Positions 29,573 through 40,771 of a stretch of 64,000 nucleotides of DNA are shown here, one piece after another. Source of the stretch: Coleofasciculus sp. B1-GNL1-01 (GTDB lineage Bacteria > Cyanobacteriota > Cyanobacteriia > Cyanobacteriales > Coleofasciculaceae); the NCBI GenBank assembly GCA_040220235.1, contig JAVJTO010000075.1; one strand, given 5' to 3'. The notes under the pieces were generated by a model. It saw only the letters and a program-made list of their open reading frames with translations. It was not told the origin of the DNA and did no database searches. Numbering within the stretch: the stretch's first letter is position 1; each line of letters begins with the position of its first letter. The translations under genes and the position numbers were made by a program.

Positions 29573-30277
29573 TCATGCGCTTAAGGGATCAAGTAACTCA
29601 CCCATCCAGGTTTCAACTTTCTGGCGCAGGCGACCCGAGTTTCCTGACACAGGGAGTTGAGAGAGGGCGCGTTGATAGTCAGCGATCGCGCAGTTCCAGT
29701 CTCCCCGCAGATGATAGGTACGACCTCGTTCGGCATAGATGTGGTTTTGTAGGCATCCCAGGATTAAAGCCAAGTCCAGGTTTTCGATGGCGAGGTCATA
29801 AAGCCCTAGTTCCCGAAACGTGATGGCTTGGTTAATCCAAGTGCGAACATTACGCGGATTGAGATCCAATGCTTTTTCGTAATCGGCGAGTGCTTTGGCT
29901 AATTGTCCCGTAGCCGCATAGTAATTGCCACGATTATTGTAAGCACTGTCCAATTCGGGATTGAGCTGTAAGGCTCGGTTATAATCATCTAAAGCTTTTT
30001 GACGCTGACCCATTTGGAAATAAATCAATCCTCGGTTGTTATAGTCAATGGCGTGGGTAGGATGATGTTTAATTGCCTGACTCAAAAGCGCGATCGCACT
30101 CCTGTACTCTCCCTGTTTGGCTTTGCGTTGAGCTGAGGTGCGTAAATTTTTAATCGAAAGGTGGTCAGGGGTTCGATGGGTTAGTGTAATCGTGGGTAAA
30201 GGCTGGGGTTTCCGACGGGACATGGGAATCCATTGTCTATTCTCTTCATCGCCTTTGATAAATACATGAGCGTTCAT
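29573..30277 (-). CDS. Tetratricopeptide repeat protein
   Basis: Repeated YNNRG...AL.DY.RAL.LNP. Confidence 0.9.
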   Translation of the reverse strand: MNAHVFIKGDEENRQWIPMSRRKPQPLPTITLTHRTPDHLSIKNLRTSAQRKAKQGEYRSAIALLSQAIKHHPTHAIDYNNRGLIYFQMGQRQKALDDYNRALQLNPELDSAYNNRGNYYAATGQLAKALADYEKALDLNPRNVRTWINQAITFRELGLYDLAIENLDLALILGCLQNHIYAERGRTYHLRGDWNCAIADYQRALSQLPVSGNSGRLRQKVETWMGELLDPLSA

Positions 30278-30770
30278 AATCGTCCTCCAACAACACCTGC
30301 GGTCTATCTACAATCAACCTTAAGTCTGGCTGCACCCCGCGAGTTGGTGTCGGTGTGTCACTTCCTGAGGCGTCTTTACTCCTCTTAATAATCACCAGCC
30401 AACCCAACGTATTGATGTTCTATGAGAAATCTACAGCACAGCTTAGCTGCTTTCCTGAAATCTTAATGAATGAAGCTGAGTCATTCCCTCTATCCTGGGT
30501 GTTGTTCACCCCGCTAGCTGTGTGAACCTACAAAAATTGGCACAATCGCAATCAGCACTCAAACCTTGATTGCCATCTGGCGATGCTCCGTCCCCCATCC
30601 TTACAGGGCTAACGGTAACATGCCAGAAATCTGCAACGTTTCTTTACATTCCCCAGCAAGTGATTGCCCAGTCTGACCCCCAGATACAGAATGTCCCGTC
30701 TAGAAGGTGGTAAAATGCAACCCAAGTAACTGATTGGTTTGGGTTGGGAATAGTTAAGGACACTGAAAAT

Positions 30771-31235
30771 ATGGCAACCACAACAGCATTACAGAATGCT
30801 CCTGACGTTAGTGCGGATAACTATTTAGTGGTAGGGTTAGCCACCTGCTTCTTGAAACAAGAGGGTGAAGTTGAGGAGGTGAAAATCCTGGAACCGATTC
30901 CCTCGGCGGCTCTGGAGGCAGTTCTCAAAGGGATTCCGACCTCCTATTCCATGGCGCATGGCACCACACTGGGCGAGGTGATCAGTGGTGACACCCCAGA
31001 AAAACCGCCGGAATTTCCCGCAGAGGCTCATTTTTGCGACGATTTTATCGCCCGCGCGATCGCAGCAGCTCGCACCTACAAAACTCGTCCGGAGGCACAA
31101 GCCCACATTCCCCCTGGTACAACGCGCAATGATTTCAATTACTCCATCGAACGCAAGCGGGTGCTGAATCAGATACGAGTTGTGCGTAAGGAAGACGACG
31201 TTAAACAGCACGAATACACTCACAAAGTTCTATAA
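30771..31235 (+). CDS. Conserved cyanobacterial hypothetical protein
   Basis: YLVVGLATCF, EPIPSAALE, RKRVLN, DDVKQH; same strand, 11 bp before the GST gene. Confidence 0.75.
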   Translation: MATTTALQNAPDVSADNYLVVGLATCFLKQEGEVEEVKILEPIPSAALEAVLKGIPTSYSMAHGTTLGEVISGDTPEKPPEFPAEAHFCDDFIARAIAAARTYKTRPEAQAHIPPGTTRNDFNYSIERKRVLNQIRVVRKEDDVKQHEYTHKVL

Positions 31236-31246
31236 CCCAAACGACG

Positions 31247-31801
31247 ATGCTGAAACTTTATGGTGGCTCCCGCAGTCGGGCGTCAATTGTCCAGTGGTAT
31301 TTAGAAGAACTGGGCGTTCCCTACGACTATATACTGTTGGACATGCAAGCTGGAGAACATCACCAGCCGGATTATTTGGCGATTAATCCCATGGGTAAAG
31401 TCCCAGCTATTATGGATGAGGATTTCCAACTGTGGGAGTCGGGAGCGATTTTGCTCTACCTGGCTCAAAAATATGGCAACCTGAACGGATTGGAGGAGCA
31501 AGCAACCATCGCTCAATGGATTTTGTTTGCCAATGCGACGCTTGGTCCGGGAATTTTTGTGGAGGCGAGTCGAGAGCGGGAAATGCCGAAATTGTTTCCC
31601 CCGCTTGAGCAACGTTTACAGAATCAACCGTTCTTGTTGGGAGATCAGTTTAGTGTCGCTGATGTGGCTGTGGGATCGTATTTGAGTTATATCCCGATCA
31701 TGTTACAGCTTGACCTGAGTGAGTACCCAGCTATCTCAGACTATATTAAACGCCTTAGTGAGCGATCGGCGTTTCAGAAAACGATTGGCGGACGCAGCTA
31801 A
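31247..31801 (+). CDS. Glutathione S-transferase
   Basis: INPMGKVP, LWESGAILLYL, FSVADV. Confidence 0.93.
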   Translation: MLKLYGGSRSRASIVQWYLEELGVPYDYILLDMQAGEHHQPDYLAINPMGKVPAIMDEDFQLWESGAILLYLAQKYGNLNGLEEQATIAQWILFANATLGPGIFVEASREREMPKLFPPLEQRLQNQPFLLGDQFSVADVAVGSYLSYIPIMLQLDLSEYPAISDYIKRLSERSAFQKTIGGRS

Positions 31802-32203
31802 ATATATAAAGCTGTGGACTATGAATCAGGACACCCCTAACTGGAATGCTGCTGACTTAAGCTGGGTTCGTAGTAGGCACGAAGCATGCCAGAAGCCTTC
31901 GCCTCGCTTACTACAAACTCTAAAGTCAGTGCCATTTCCCCTAACTGGGTGTCCTTGCCATAATTGATTTTAATGATATTTACCGGAAACCCACAGCCGC
32001 TTGCCAAACAAAGGCTAGCAGCAAGAAAAAGACGGGGATGACTGGGAGAACGTCTACGATAGGGTCAAAGATAGAGTAGGCTTCAGGCAATTTTGCCAAC
32101 AGCATGGCTGCTTCCATAGTTAAGTCTTCCTTTCTAAGCGAATTTTCAGAATTGAAATGGATCTTAACATGAACTGGGTTACAACTGAGCTAGCTTCAGG
32201 GGG

Positions 32204-32234
32204 TAGGTTGGGTCTAGGGAAGAGACCCAACCTA
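32204..32234 (-). terminator. Hairpin downstream of rpmA
   Basis: GTAGGTTGGGTCT-aggga-AGACCCAACCTAC immediately after the rpmA stop. Confidence 0.6.
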
Positions 32235-32239
32235 CAAAC

Positions 32240-32527
32240 CTAAACCTGAGCTGTTGCCAGTTCAGCTTCAGCCGCAACTGGATAAATGCTGACTTTCTTG
32301 CCAGATTTGCCCTTTCTCTCAAACGTCACCGTGCCATCAATCAGGGCAAATAGAGTATCATCTTTGCCACGACCAACATTAGTGCCGGGGTGAAATTTGG
32401 TACCCCGCTGACGCACTAAAATGTTACCGGCTTTGACAACTTGACCGCCAAAGCGTTTAACTCCTAGCCGCTTGGCATTAGAGTCACGACCGTTACGAGT
32501 ACTACCTGTACCTTTCTTGTGAGCCAT
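32240..32527 (-). CDS. rpmA: 50S ribosomal protein L27
   Basis: [24 protein letters not shown]. Confidence 0.98.
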   Translation of the reverse strand: MAHKKGTGSTRNGRDSNAKRLGVKRFGGQVVKAGNILVRQRGTKFHPGTNVGRGKDDTLFALIDGTVTFERKGKSGKKVSIYPVAAEAELATAQV

Positions 32528-32568
32528 AGTCTCCTCTTGTTTTTAATGGTGTGAGTGGATTCCTATTC

Positions 32569-33012
32569 TTATTCTGAAGCAGTTTCCGATGTTGCTTCAG
32601 GGGCTGACTCCTCAGCCTCAGTTGGCATTACCTCCACAGGCGTCGCCGGAGTCGATGTTTCTGTGGATTCAGCGCTAGTACCCGCTAACACTGAACCATT
32701 CATACTAATAGCATCAACCATCAGACGGGTAACTTCCTGGCGATGTCCCCGCTTTTTGCGGGTTTTCTTCTTCGGCTTCATCTTGTAGACCAGGATTTTG
32801 CGATCGCGAAAATGTCGCATTACCGTGCCTTCAACCGTTGCTCCATCAACCCAAGGCTGACCAATGGTGACATCACCATTATTTTCAACCAGCAACACCC
32901 GTTCAATGGTGACTTTTTCTTCGGGTTCAACGGGCAGGAGTTCAATGTCGTAAAAACGACCGGGTTCAACTCGTAGTTGTTTTCCGCCTGTCTCAATAAT
33001 TGCGTAACTCAT
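32569..33012 (-). CDS. rplU: 50S ribosomal protein L21 with acidic C-terminal extension
   Basis: [15 protein letters not shown]...KKRGHRQ. Start ATG 33012. Confidence 0.97.
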   Translation of the reverse strand: MSYAIIETGGKQLRVEPGRFYDIELLPVEPEEKVTIERVLLVENNGDVTIGQPWVDGATVEGTVMRHFRDRKILVYKMKPKKKTRKKRGHRQEVTRLMVDAISMNGSVLAGTSAESTETSTPATPVEVMPTEAEESAPEATSETASE

Positions 33013-33324
33013 GGAATTGTCCTTAAATGTAGCCGTACAGGTAGCTAGCTCATTGGCGAGTTGGGAGTGAGGTATTAAGCTGTTAGGGTTCAAAGTACAC
33101 CAGCGCAAGTCATGTTTAGCTTGCCGTTGTACTCACCATGACAGCTTTTGCCGTAATCTGACTCCTAGAGAGGAGCGATAAATCGCTGTCGCTCTCAGGT
33201 TTTGAGCCGCTTTTGGTATATCTTGACCTGATCCGAGCAGGAATATACACGCAATTAATCATCATCTGTGATTAACCAAGGATGTGTCAAGTCGAGGGGT
33301 GGCTTAACAGCGATAAAAGGCGAC

Positions 33325-35334
33325 CTATTTTTTGGCAACCTTAGCATTATTCTCAAATAATTCAATGGTATTAAGAATATTGATAGCTGAACTATAAGAT
33401 TCTTCTAGTAATTCATTTTCCTCTTCTGGGGTATCCACCAAGTCATCCGCTAACAACCGGATGGAACCGAGCATGGAATTGAGCATGGTTCGGACTTCGT
33501 GAGATGCTTTCATTAAAGCAGGATTTGTGGTGGGCGTACTTTGAGGATGTTCAGCAAATTGCATCTGATACAACCGTGCATAATATCCTCCTTTGCGTAA
33601 TAGTTCCTCATGTTTCCCGACTTCCATCACACACCCTTTCTCTAAAACCGCAATTTGATCGGCGTTTTGCACAGTGGAAAGGCGGTGAGCAATAACCAGA
33701 GTTGTGCGATCGCGACTCAATTCCTCCAGCGCTTCTTGCACCAAACGCTCCGAAACCGTATCTAATGCACTCGTAGCTTCGTCCAGAATCAAGATATCCG
33801 GATTTTGTAAAATAGCGCGAGCAATGGCAAGGCGCTGACGCTGTCCTCCTGATAATAACACCCCGCGATCGCCAATCATCGTATCCAACCCTCCAGGGAG
33901 TTGTTCAATAAATTCTAAGGCATTCGCCCGTCGTGCGGCTTCGATTACATCTTTTTCGGAAGCATCTGGTCGAGCATAGGCAATATTATCGTGAACTGAG
34001 GTATTGAACAAAAAGGTATCTTGGCTAACAATTCCCATATTATTGCGGAGACTTTTAATATCAAACTCCCGCAAATCGATTCCATCTAGGGTAATCCGTC
34101 CCGCTGTGGGATCATAAAATCGTGGTAATAAATCGGCTAACGTTGATTTGCCCGCACCTGATGCTCCCACTAACGCTAACGTTGTCCCACGAGGTAAGTC
34201 TAAATTAACCTCTTTTAACACTACCTTGTTCGGTTGAGTCGGATAGGCAAAGGATAGCTGATGAAAATGAATTCCTTTTTTTAAGGGATGGTAAGGCTGA
34301 GAACCCGGTTTCATAAAGGGCTTATTATCTAGGCGCAAGAAGTCATGTGCCACTTCCACACTGGCTGAACTATTGGCTAAGGAACCCCTGGCTTTATTTA
34401 ACTGGGAAATTAACGGTAACAGCCGTTGTAGTAAGACAAGAAAACTCAGCAATACCGCTGATAGAGCCTCGATCTGACTGGCAAAAAATATTCGTCCCAT
34501 AAACACAATTCCCAGCAATCCGACAATGCTAGTCACTTCACCGACGGGTCCAATGGCTGCATTATTTGCTTGAGATCTAAAATCCGCCTTTTCGCGATCG
34601 CGGATTAACTTTCGGATTCGTTGATACTCTCTCTCATCATTACCGGTAGCTTTAACGAGCCGAATTCCGCTCAACGTTTCTAGCACAGCAATCGAATACG
34701 CTTTTGACATATTTGATAGCTGCTTACCAAATACCTTGGCACGGCTAATCGAGTATTGGTTGACTAAGGCAACAATCGCCACTAAAACGGTTGAAGCTAA
34801 TGTCAATTGCCAGGAAAGAGCCAGTAGCAAGGCGATAAACACTAGGGCATTCGTTACCGTCACCATCATATTTAGTAGGGTACTGACTTCCCCAGCGGCT
34901 CGACCAATTTCTGTACCTAGGCGATTCACAAGATCACCGACTTTCATGCGAGAGTAAAAATCGATATCTACATCAAGCAATAATTTCACGCCAGCTTCCC
35001 GTAAATCACAGGTAATTCGGCGTCTTAACGAACTAGAGGCTAATGTACTGGCATAATTAGAAAGATTTTTTAAAATAATGAGTCCGACAATAGCTCCCGC
35101 CATTGCTACCAGCCGATAATTTTCTGGCAGGTTGTTAAAGGGAGCCATGATCGCCTGAAGAATTGGCGGACCACTCTTTAAGTCTAAATCTATCCCTAAA
35201 AGATTTAAAACGATAGGAGCAATGAGCGCTGTCCCTACACCGTTAAATAATCCACCCGATAATCCTAAGAGAACCGTTGTCGCTACTCGAGCTGGATATC
35301 GTCTAATAACTTTTGATAATAAATTGGAAGCCAT
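33325..35334 (-). CDS. ABC exporter (TMD+NBD, MsbA/HepA-like) with a C-terminal HisKA-like extension
   Basis: GASGAGKST, LSGGQRQR, ILDEATSALD, IAHRLST; tail ASHEVRTMLNSMLGSIRLL. Confidence 0.9.
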   Translation of the reverse strand: MASNLLSKVIRRYPARVATTVLLGLSGGLFNGVGTALIAPIVLNLLGIDLDLKSGPPILQAIMAPFNNLPENYRLVAMAGAIVGLIILKNLSNYASTLASSSLRRRITCDLREAGVKLLLDVDIDFYSRMKVGDLVNRLGTEIGRAAGEVSTLLNMMVTVTNALVFIALLLALSWQLTLASTVLVAIVALVNQYSISRAKVFGKQLSNMSKAYSIAVLETLSGIRLVKATGNDEREYQRIRKLIRDREKADFRSQANNAAIGPVGEVTSIVGLLGIVFMGRIFFASQIEALSAVLLSFLVLLQRLLPLISQLNKARGSLANSSASVEVAHDFLRLDNKPFMKPGSQPYHPLKKGIHFHQLSFAYPTQPNKVVLKEVNLDLPRGTTLALVGASGAGKSTLADLLPRFYDPTAGRITLDGIDLREFDIKSLRNNMGIVSQDTFLFNTSVHDNIAYARPDASEKDVIEAARRANALEFIEQLPGGLDTMIGDRGVLLSGGQRQRLAIARAILQNPDILILDEATSALDTVSERLVQEALEELSRDRTTLVIAHRLSTVQNADQIAVLEKGCVMEVGKHEELLRKGGYYARLYQMQFAEHPQSTPTTNPALMKASHEVRTMLNSMLGSIRLLADDLVDTPEEENELLEESYSSAINILNTIELFENNAKVAKK

Positions 35335-35455
35335 AGAGCGTAATTTTTGGAATTCTAGCGATTGGATTTCATTGTGTTTTAACTGGATTGTAACTGGTTA
35401 ATATGGCAATTTTGCATAAGCCAAATTAAGTTAATTTAAAATTTACACTATTGGT

Positions 35456-36616
35456 CTATAAATGATTAATAACTCCAGCAAGTATTTTTGACATTTTTTC
35501 TGTACTGTAGTATTTAATACATCTTTCCCGAGCTTTTTTACCTCGCTCACTAGCATCGCTAAAGTTCTGAAATATCCACTGAATTTTATCAGCTATTTGC
35601 TCAGGAGAACTAGCATCGACTAAATAACCTGTGTCTCCTAAAATTTCTGGAATATCGCCAACGCGGGTAGATAAAACTGGCTTAGCCATTGCCATACCAT
35701 CTGTCAGCTTAATTGGGAATTGGGCATGAGCTGTAATTGTATCTCGTTGAGGCACAACAACCAGATGAGCAGCGGCTACAATTTCGGGCATTTGATCCAC
35801 AGGGGTTGATGGCAGTTTAATGATCCAACGTTTGCCGTTTTCCATGAGATGCTCGATATAGCCGTCTCCAATATCTCGACCTCCAACTAAAACCAGCCGT
35901 AAATCGGATTGATTTAATTGCTCTAGTGCCAATAAAACATCCTCAATACCCTTATGAGGACGTGCTGTACCGGGAAACATTAGTACTCGATAACCGGACA
36001 AACCATATTTGGCTCGACTGACTTCCGGATCAAATCGCTGAGGATCAAATAGTTTCGTGTCTTTTCCATTCGGAAGATAGATACCTCCAAAACGATGTTT
36101 GAGAAATTGCGTATCAACCGTTACAGCATTGGCTCGATTAATCAGCTTCTCCATCCACTGCAAATAGAGCCAATGATCGGGAAACCGCAGAACACCATTA
36201 GGTTTGAGTAAGTCTCTCGCCAATTGTTTGATTGTGGGATGATATTTCCGCTGACCTGCACCAAACCAACTTAACTCCCAATCATCAATGTCTAAAATGA
36301 TGGGCTGATGGGTTTGTAGGCGTTTAAATAAGGCTAGACCAAAACTTGTTGGTCGGGGTTTTACGGCATAGATGATATCTCCTTCAATTTCTTTGAGCAA
36401 ATTTCTGGCTGAATGCAAAATTTGAGGATAATTATAACCCCTTACCCAATGAACAGGAAGCGTCGCAGGTGGTACAGGATATAGACGTTGACCGAACACA
36501 AAACCGCCAACTTTAACGTCGTAGTTAAGCTGCTGTAATACCTGCCCGAGGAGATAGGCTCTAGTCCCTCCTCCACCTGATAAATCCGGAGCTAATATAG
36601 AAACTTTGTTGACCAC
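35456..36616 (-). CDS. Glycosyltransferase family 4
   Basis: GTARPHKG, FPIKLTDGMAMAKPVLST.VGDIPEI. Confidence 0.9.
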   Translation of the reverse strand: MVNKVSILAPDLSGGGGTRAYLLGQVLQQLNYDVKVGGFVFGQRLYPVPPATLPVHWVRGYNYPQILHSARNLLKEIEGDIIYAVKPRPTSFGLALFKRLQTHQPIILDIDDWELSWFGAGQRKYHPTIKQLARDLLKPNGVLRFPDHWLYLQWMEKLINRANAVTVDTQFLKHRFGGIYLPNGKDTKLFDPQRFDPEVSRAKYGLSGYRVLMFPGTARPHKGIEDVLLALEQLNQSDLRLVLVGGRDIGDGYIEHLMENGKRWIIKLPSTPVDQMPEIVAAAHLVVVPQRDTITAHAQFPIKLTDGMAMAKPVLSTRVGDIPEILGDTGYLVDASSPEQIADKIQWIFQNFSDASERGKKARERCIKYYSTEKMSKILAGVINHL

Positions 36617-36679
36617 TCGTTTGAAATAACTAATTTAAAGATATGACACAGGTGACGCATTAGTAAATCTTGAGCATGG

Positions 36680-36886
36680 CTATTCCAAAAACCGCACACG
36701 ACCAACCTGCCGTTCATCCAAAACCCGATTAATATAACTACGTTCCTCGTCTGTAACTTTATAGTCAGAAAGCATCGTAGTCACCAACTGAAGATACTCC
36801 CAACGGCTCAATTGACCTGTATCGAGAATCCGATCAACAATTGGGGCGATCGCGGGACTAGAGGGGCGTTGAACAGTTCCTGCCAT
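36680..36886 (-). CDS. Small conserved cyanobacterial hypothetical protein
   Basis: IVDRILDTGQLSR.EYLQL....LSD...TDEER..INRVLD pattern; 68 aa, upstream of GT4. Confidence 0.6.
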   Translation of the reverse strand: MAGTVQRPSSPAIAPIVDRILDTGQLSRWEYLQLVTTMLSDYKVTDEERSYINRVLDERQVGRVRFLE

Positions 36887-37121
36887 GGGCGGTTAGTCTT
36901 TTTTAGCGGTGACCTAGATTTTCGACTACGATAGCCTAGTTAACCGAGGTTCGTCATCTCAAGCTGAGTGAGTGGCAGTAGAGATAGGATGAAGGTTAAA
37001 GGCTCTTGAGTATTTCCATTCTAATCTAATGCCTATTGACACGATTTGCCATTGAGGTGGTTTATCTGTCGAATAGGGAAAATGATTGATAGCAGACTTT
37101 TCTGAGGAAGAACGATTCAAT

Positions 37122-37895
37122 ATGCAAGTCCATCGACTACCAGCCCTTTCAGATAACTATATCTTTTTGCTGCATGAACCCAAACAGAATATTGCTGCTG
37201 TGGTTGATCCAGCCGAGGCTCAACCTGTATTACAGCATCTGGAAAAACTAGATGCCGAGTTAGTAACAATTTTTAACACTCATCATCATTGGGATCATGT
37301 GGGTGGAAATCAAGAATTAATTCAGCGATACCCTGATGTCTGTGTCTATGGGGGAACCCAAGATCGGGGCAGAATTCCGGGACAACAGGTATTTTTACAA
37401 GAGGGAGACAAGGTTCAGTTTAGCGATCGCACGGCTGAAGTCTTTTTTGTTCCCGGTCATACGAGCGGACATATTGCCTACTATTTTCCCCCTGTCACCA
37501 GCGATGATGTGGGTGAATTATTCTGTGGTGACACCATATTTGCCGGAGGATGTGGCAGGCTTTTTGAAGGGACACCCAAGCAAATGGTTGATTCCTTGAG
37601 TAAGCTGCGAAGGTTACCGGACAACACCCATGTCTGGTGCGCCCATGAATACACCCTAAAGAATCTTAAATTTGCCCAAACCGTTGATCCCAACAACCCA
37701 GACCTGCAAAGCCGTTATACTGACGTTGAAGCAGCTCGTCGTCGAAAAGAGGCAACAGTCCCCTCCTTACTGGGCGTCGAAAAACTGACGAATCCTTTTT
37801 TGCGCTGGGAACAACCGACACTCCAAGAAGCAGTTAAGAGTACAGAACCCGTGCAAACCTTTGCCCGATTGCGGGGAATGAAGGATCAGTTTTAA
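37122..37895 (+). CDS. gloB: Hydroxyacylglutathione hydrolase (glyoxalase II)
   Basis: [41 protein letters not shown]. Confidence 0.96.
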   Translation: MQVHRLPALSDNYIFLLHEPKQNIAAVVDPAEAQPVLQHLEKLDAELVTIFNTHHHWDHVGGNQELIQRYPDVCVYGGTQDRGRIPGQQVFLQEGDKVQFSDRTAEVFFVPGHTSGHIAYYFPPVTSDDVGELFCGDTIFAGGCGRLFEGTPKQMVDSLSKLRRLPDNTHVWCAHEYTLKNLKFAQTVDPNNPDLQSRYTDVEAARRRKEATVPSLLGVEKLTNPFLRWEQPTLQEAVKSTEPVQTFARLRGMKDQF

Positions 37896-37899
37896 CCCA

Positions 37900-37927
37900 G
37901 TAGAGACGTAGCATGCTACGTCTCTAC
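37900..37927. repeat. REP-like perfect palindrome; identical copy at 38491-38518 on the other side of rplI
   Basis: GTAGAGACGTAGCATGCTACGTCTCTAC. Confidence 0.85.
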
Positions 37928-38022
37928 ACCAGGAGTTGCACTCGGATAGCAAATTTTCGTATGATTGAAATTCTGAGTGAGCATCAGTATCTAAGTTAAA
38001 TAGCCCGTACCCAAAAAAGACA

Positions 38023-38481
38023 ATGGCAAAACGTGTACAGTTAGTTTTAAATCAAGACGTTAGGAAACTAGGCAAATCCGGCGAACTGGTAGATGTCGCT
38101 CCTGGCTATGCTCGTAATTATTTAATTCCCCATGGGATTGGAACATTAGCCACTGCTGGTATTCTCAAGCAAGTTGAGCGGCGCAAAGAACAAGAGCGAC
38201 AACGTTTACTCGAAGAAAAGCAGCAAGCTGAAGCCCGTAAGACAGCATTAGAAACCATAGGTCGCTTTACCATCCGTAAGCAAGTGGGTGAACAAGAGGC
38301 AATCTTTGGTACGGTTACAGCAGCTGATGTAGCAGAAGCCATTCAAGAAACCACAAACCAAGAGGTAGATCGTCGGGGAATCACGCTTCCCGATATCAGC
38401 AAGCTCGGTTTCTACAAGGCACAAGTCAAACTGCATCCAGAAGTTACGGCGGTTATAGAAATTCACGTTGCTCCGATGTAG
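38023..38481 (+). CDS. rplI: 50S ribosomal protein L9
   Basis: [33 protein letters not shown]. Confidence 0.98.
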   Translation: MAKRVQLVLNQDVRKLGKSGELVDVAPGYARNYLIPHGIGTLATAGILKQVERRKEQERQRLLEEKQQAEARKTALETIGRFTIRKQVGEQEAIFGTVTAADVAEAIQETTNQEVDRRGITLPDISKLGFYKAQVKLHPEVTAVIEIHVAPM

Positions 38482-38708
38482 CATTCTAGTGTAGAGACGT
38501 AGCATGCTACGTCTCTACTCCGGATGTAGGGGCAGGTTTTACCGATAACGTTTTGGCAATGTCTTGACTAAACCCGCCCGTCTAGGGGAACAAAGACAGA
38601 GGAAATTAAATTAGAGTTTCCTGCGAGTAGTATTAACCTTACCGCCCTCTGCTCCTCCGCTCCCCTGCTCCCCTACCCTCTGCCTTGTTGTACTCGCTAT
38701 CTCTGGCG

Positions 38709-40055
38709 ATGGCTTCAAACTTTGACCTTTCAATCATCCCTAGCTCTGTACCGCCTCAAAACATCGAGGCGGAGGAGTCTATTTTGGGTGGGATCATGCT
38801 TGATCCTGAAGCAATGAGTCGAGTGGTAGATTTATTATCTCCAGAAGCCTTCTACGTTAGCGCTCACCAAGAAATCTATAGATCTGCCTTCATTCTGCAC
38901 CATGAAGGTAAGCCAACGGATTTCATGAGCGTTACCTCTTGGTTGTATGACCATAAATTATTAGACAAGGTGGGGGGTCAGAGCAAGATAGCGCAGTTAA
39001 TTGAACGCACGGTGTCAGCCGTGAATATTGACCGCTACGCAGCGTTGGTGATGGATAAGTACCTGCGCCGTCAACTCATCCAATCGGGAAATGAGATTGT
39101 TCAATTGGGTTACGAGACACCGATGGCATTGGACTTTGTGCTTGAGCAAGCGGAACAGAAAATTTTCAATTTGACCCAGGTGCGTCCACAACAAGGGTTA
39201 GTGCCAATCTCTGAGACATTAATTCAAGCCTTTCAGGAAATCGAAACGCTTCATGAAGGACTTGCCTTACCCGGTATACCCTCTAATTTCTATGACTTGG
39301 ATGCGATAACGGGTGGGTTTGGGCGTTCTGATTTAATTATTGTGGCGGGAAGACCCTCAATGGGTAAAACTAGCTTTGCGTTGGCTATGGCTCGCAATAT
39401 TGCTAACCGATTTCCTGTCGCAATTTTTAGTTTAGAAATGTCCAAGGCGCAATTAGTCCAGCGGCTTTTATCCAGCGAGGCGGGCATTGAAAGCAACTAT
39501 TTGCGAACGGGGCGAATTACTCAAAATCAATGGGAACCCCTCTCCCATGCTCTGGGAACGTTATCAGAATTACCCATTTATATCGAGGATACGCCTAATC
39601 CTACCGTTATGCAGATGCGATCAAATCTGCGGCGTCTCCAGGCGGAACAAGGGGGAACGCTGGGATTGGTTTTGATCGATTACTTACAGTTAATGGAAGG
39701 GAGTGGTAGTGAAAATCGAGTCCAAGAACTGTCTCGAATTACCCGTTCTCTCAAAGGGTTAGCCCGCGAACTGAATACTCCTGTGATTGCCTTATCTCAG
39801 CTTAGTCGAGGGGTAGAGGCGCGGACGAATAAGCGACCGATGATGTCCGATTTGCGAGAGTCGGGTTCGATTGAGCAAGATGCGGACTTAGTGATTATGT
39901 TGTACCGGGATGAGTATTACCATCCGGATACGCCTGATCAAGGGATCACGGAAGTGATTATTACTAAACATCGCAACGGTCCAATTGGGGTCGTGAAGTT
40001 GATTTTCGACCCTCAGTATACTCGCTTCCGCAATCTTGCCAATCCCAATCAGTGA
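38709..40055 (+). CDS. dnaB: Replicative DNA helicase (no intein)
   Basis: PPQNIEAEE, GRPSMGKT, IDYLQLM, DLRESGSIEQDAD, KHRNGP. Confidence 0.98.
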   Translation: MASNFDLSIIPSSVPPQNIEAEESILGGIMLDPEAMSRVVDLLSPEAFYVSAHQEIYRSAFILHHEGKPTDFMSVTSWLYDHKLLDKVGGQSKIAQLIERTVSAVNIDRYAALVMDKYLRRQLIQSGNEIVQLGYETPMALDFVLEQAEQKIFNLTQVRPQQGLVPISETLIQAFQEIETLHEGLALPGIPSNFYDLDAITGGFGRSDLIIVAGRPSMGKTSFALAMARNIANRFPVAIFSLEMSKAQLVQRLLSSEAGIESNYLRTGRITQNQWEPLSHALGTLSELPIYIEDTPNPTVMQMRSNLRRLQAEQGGTLGLVLIDYLQLMEGSGSENRVQELSRITRSLKGLARELNTPVIALSQLSRGVEARTNKRPMMSDLRESGSIEQDADLVIMLYRDEYYHPDTPDQGITEVIITKHRNGPIGVVKLIFDPQYTRFRNLANPNQ

Positions 40056-40181
40056 TTATTTAGTCATTCGTCATTTGTCATTCGTCATTTGGGAGTCTCG
40101 CCAGCCGCCTTGGGTGGAAACCCAAGGACCAACGCTCAAGTTAGAAGAGAGCTAGCTGATTAGGAAAGGCTGGACAAGTTT

Positions 40182-40733
40182 TTAACTAATTTTTAGTAAT
40201 TCCACATCAAAAATTAGAGTGGCGTTGGGTGGAATCACGCCACCTGCACCACGGGAACCATATCCTAATTCCGGGGGAATGATCAGCCGTCGCCGTCCGC
40301 CCACTTTCATCGTGGCAACGCCTTCATCCCAGCCTTTGATCACCCGTCCTACACCGAGTTTAAAGGAAAAGGGACGGTTGCGATCGCGGGAACTATCAAA
40401 CTTGGTGCCATCCTCCAGGGTTCCGGTATAGTGAACCACAACGGTTTGACCTTTTTGGGGTTGTGCGCCTTCACCTTCTTTGAGTTCGATATATTTCAAA
40501 CCCGATGGTGTGGTAACAACCTCCTGCTCGGTGTTCTGTTCCTCAGTTGAATCCGTACTCATAGCAATTGATTGATTTTCAGGGATTGGTTTAGCCTGGG
40601 TAACTTGGGTTAGGGGTTGAGGTTGGGTTGGGTTGAGTTCGTCGGCGGTTGCACTCCCACGGCTGAGTTGAGTCACGACCAACAACAATCCACAGGCAAC
40701 AATAACACCTAAGCTGATTAGAATATCTCTCAA
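40182..40733 (-). CDS. FKBP-type peptidyl-prolyl isomerase with N-terminal membrane anchor
   Basis: [38 protein letters not shown]. Confidence 0.95.
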   Translation of the reverse strand: MRDILISLGVIVACGLLLVVTQLSRGSATADELNPTQPQPLTQVTQAKPIPENQSIAMSTDSTEEQNTEQEVVTTPSGLKYIELKEGEGAQPQKGQTVVVHYTGTLEDGTKFDSSRDRNRPFSFKLGVGRVIKGWDEGVATMKVGGRRRLIIPPELGYGSRGAGGVIPPNATLIFDVELLKIS

Positions 40734-40771
40734 AATCTATCCTCCTATTACAATGTTTGATTAATGTTTGA

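Noticed and set aside
39850..39890. DnaB intein
   Set aside because: The common insertion site reads RESG-SIEQD uninterrupted and the protein has normal length.
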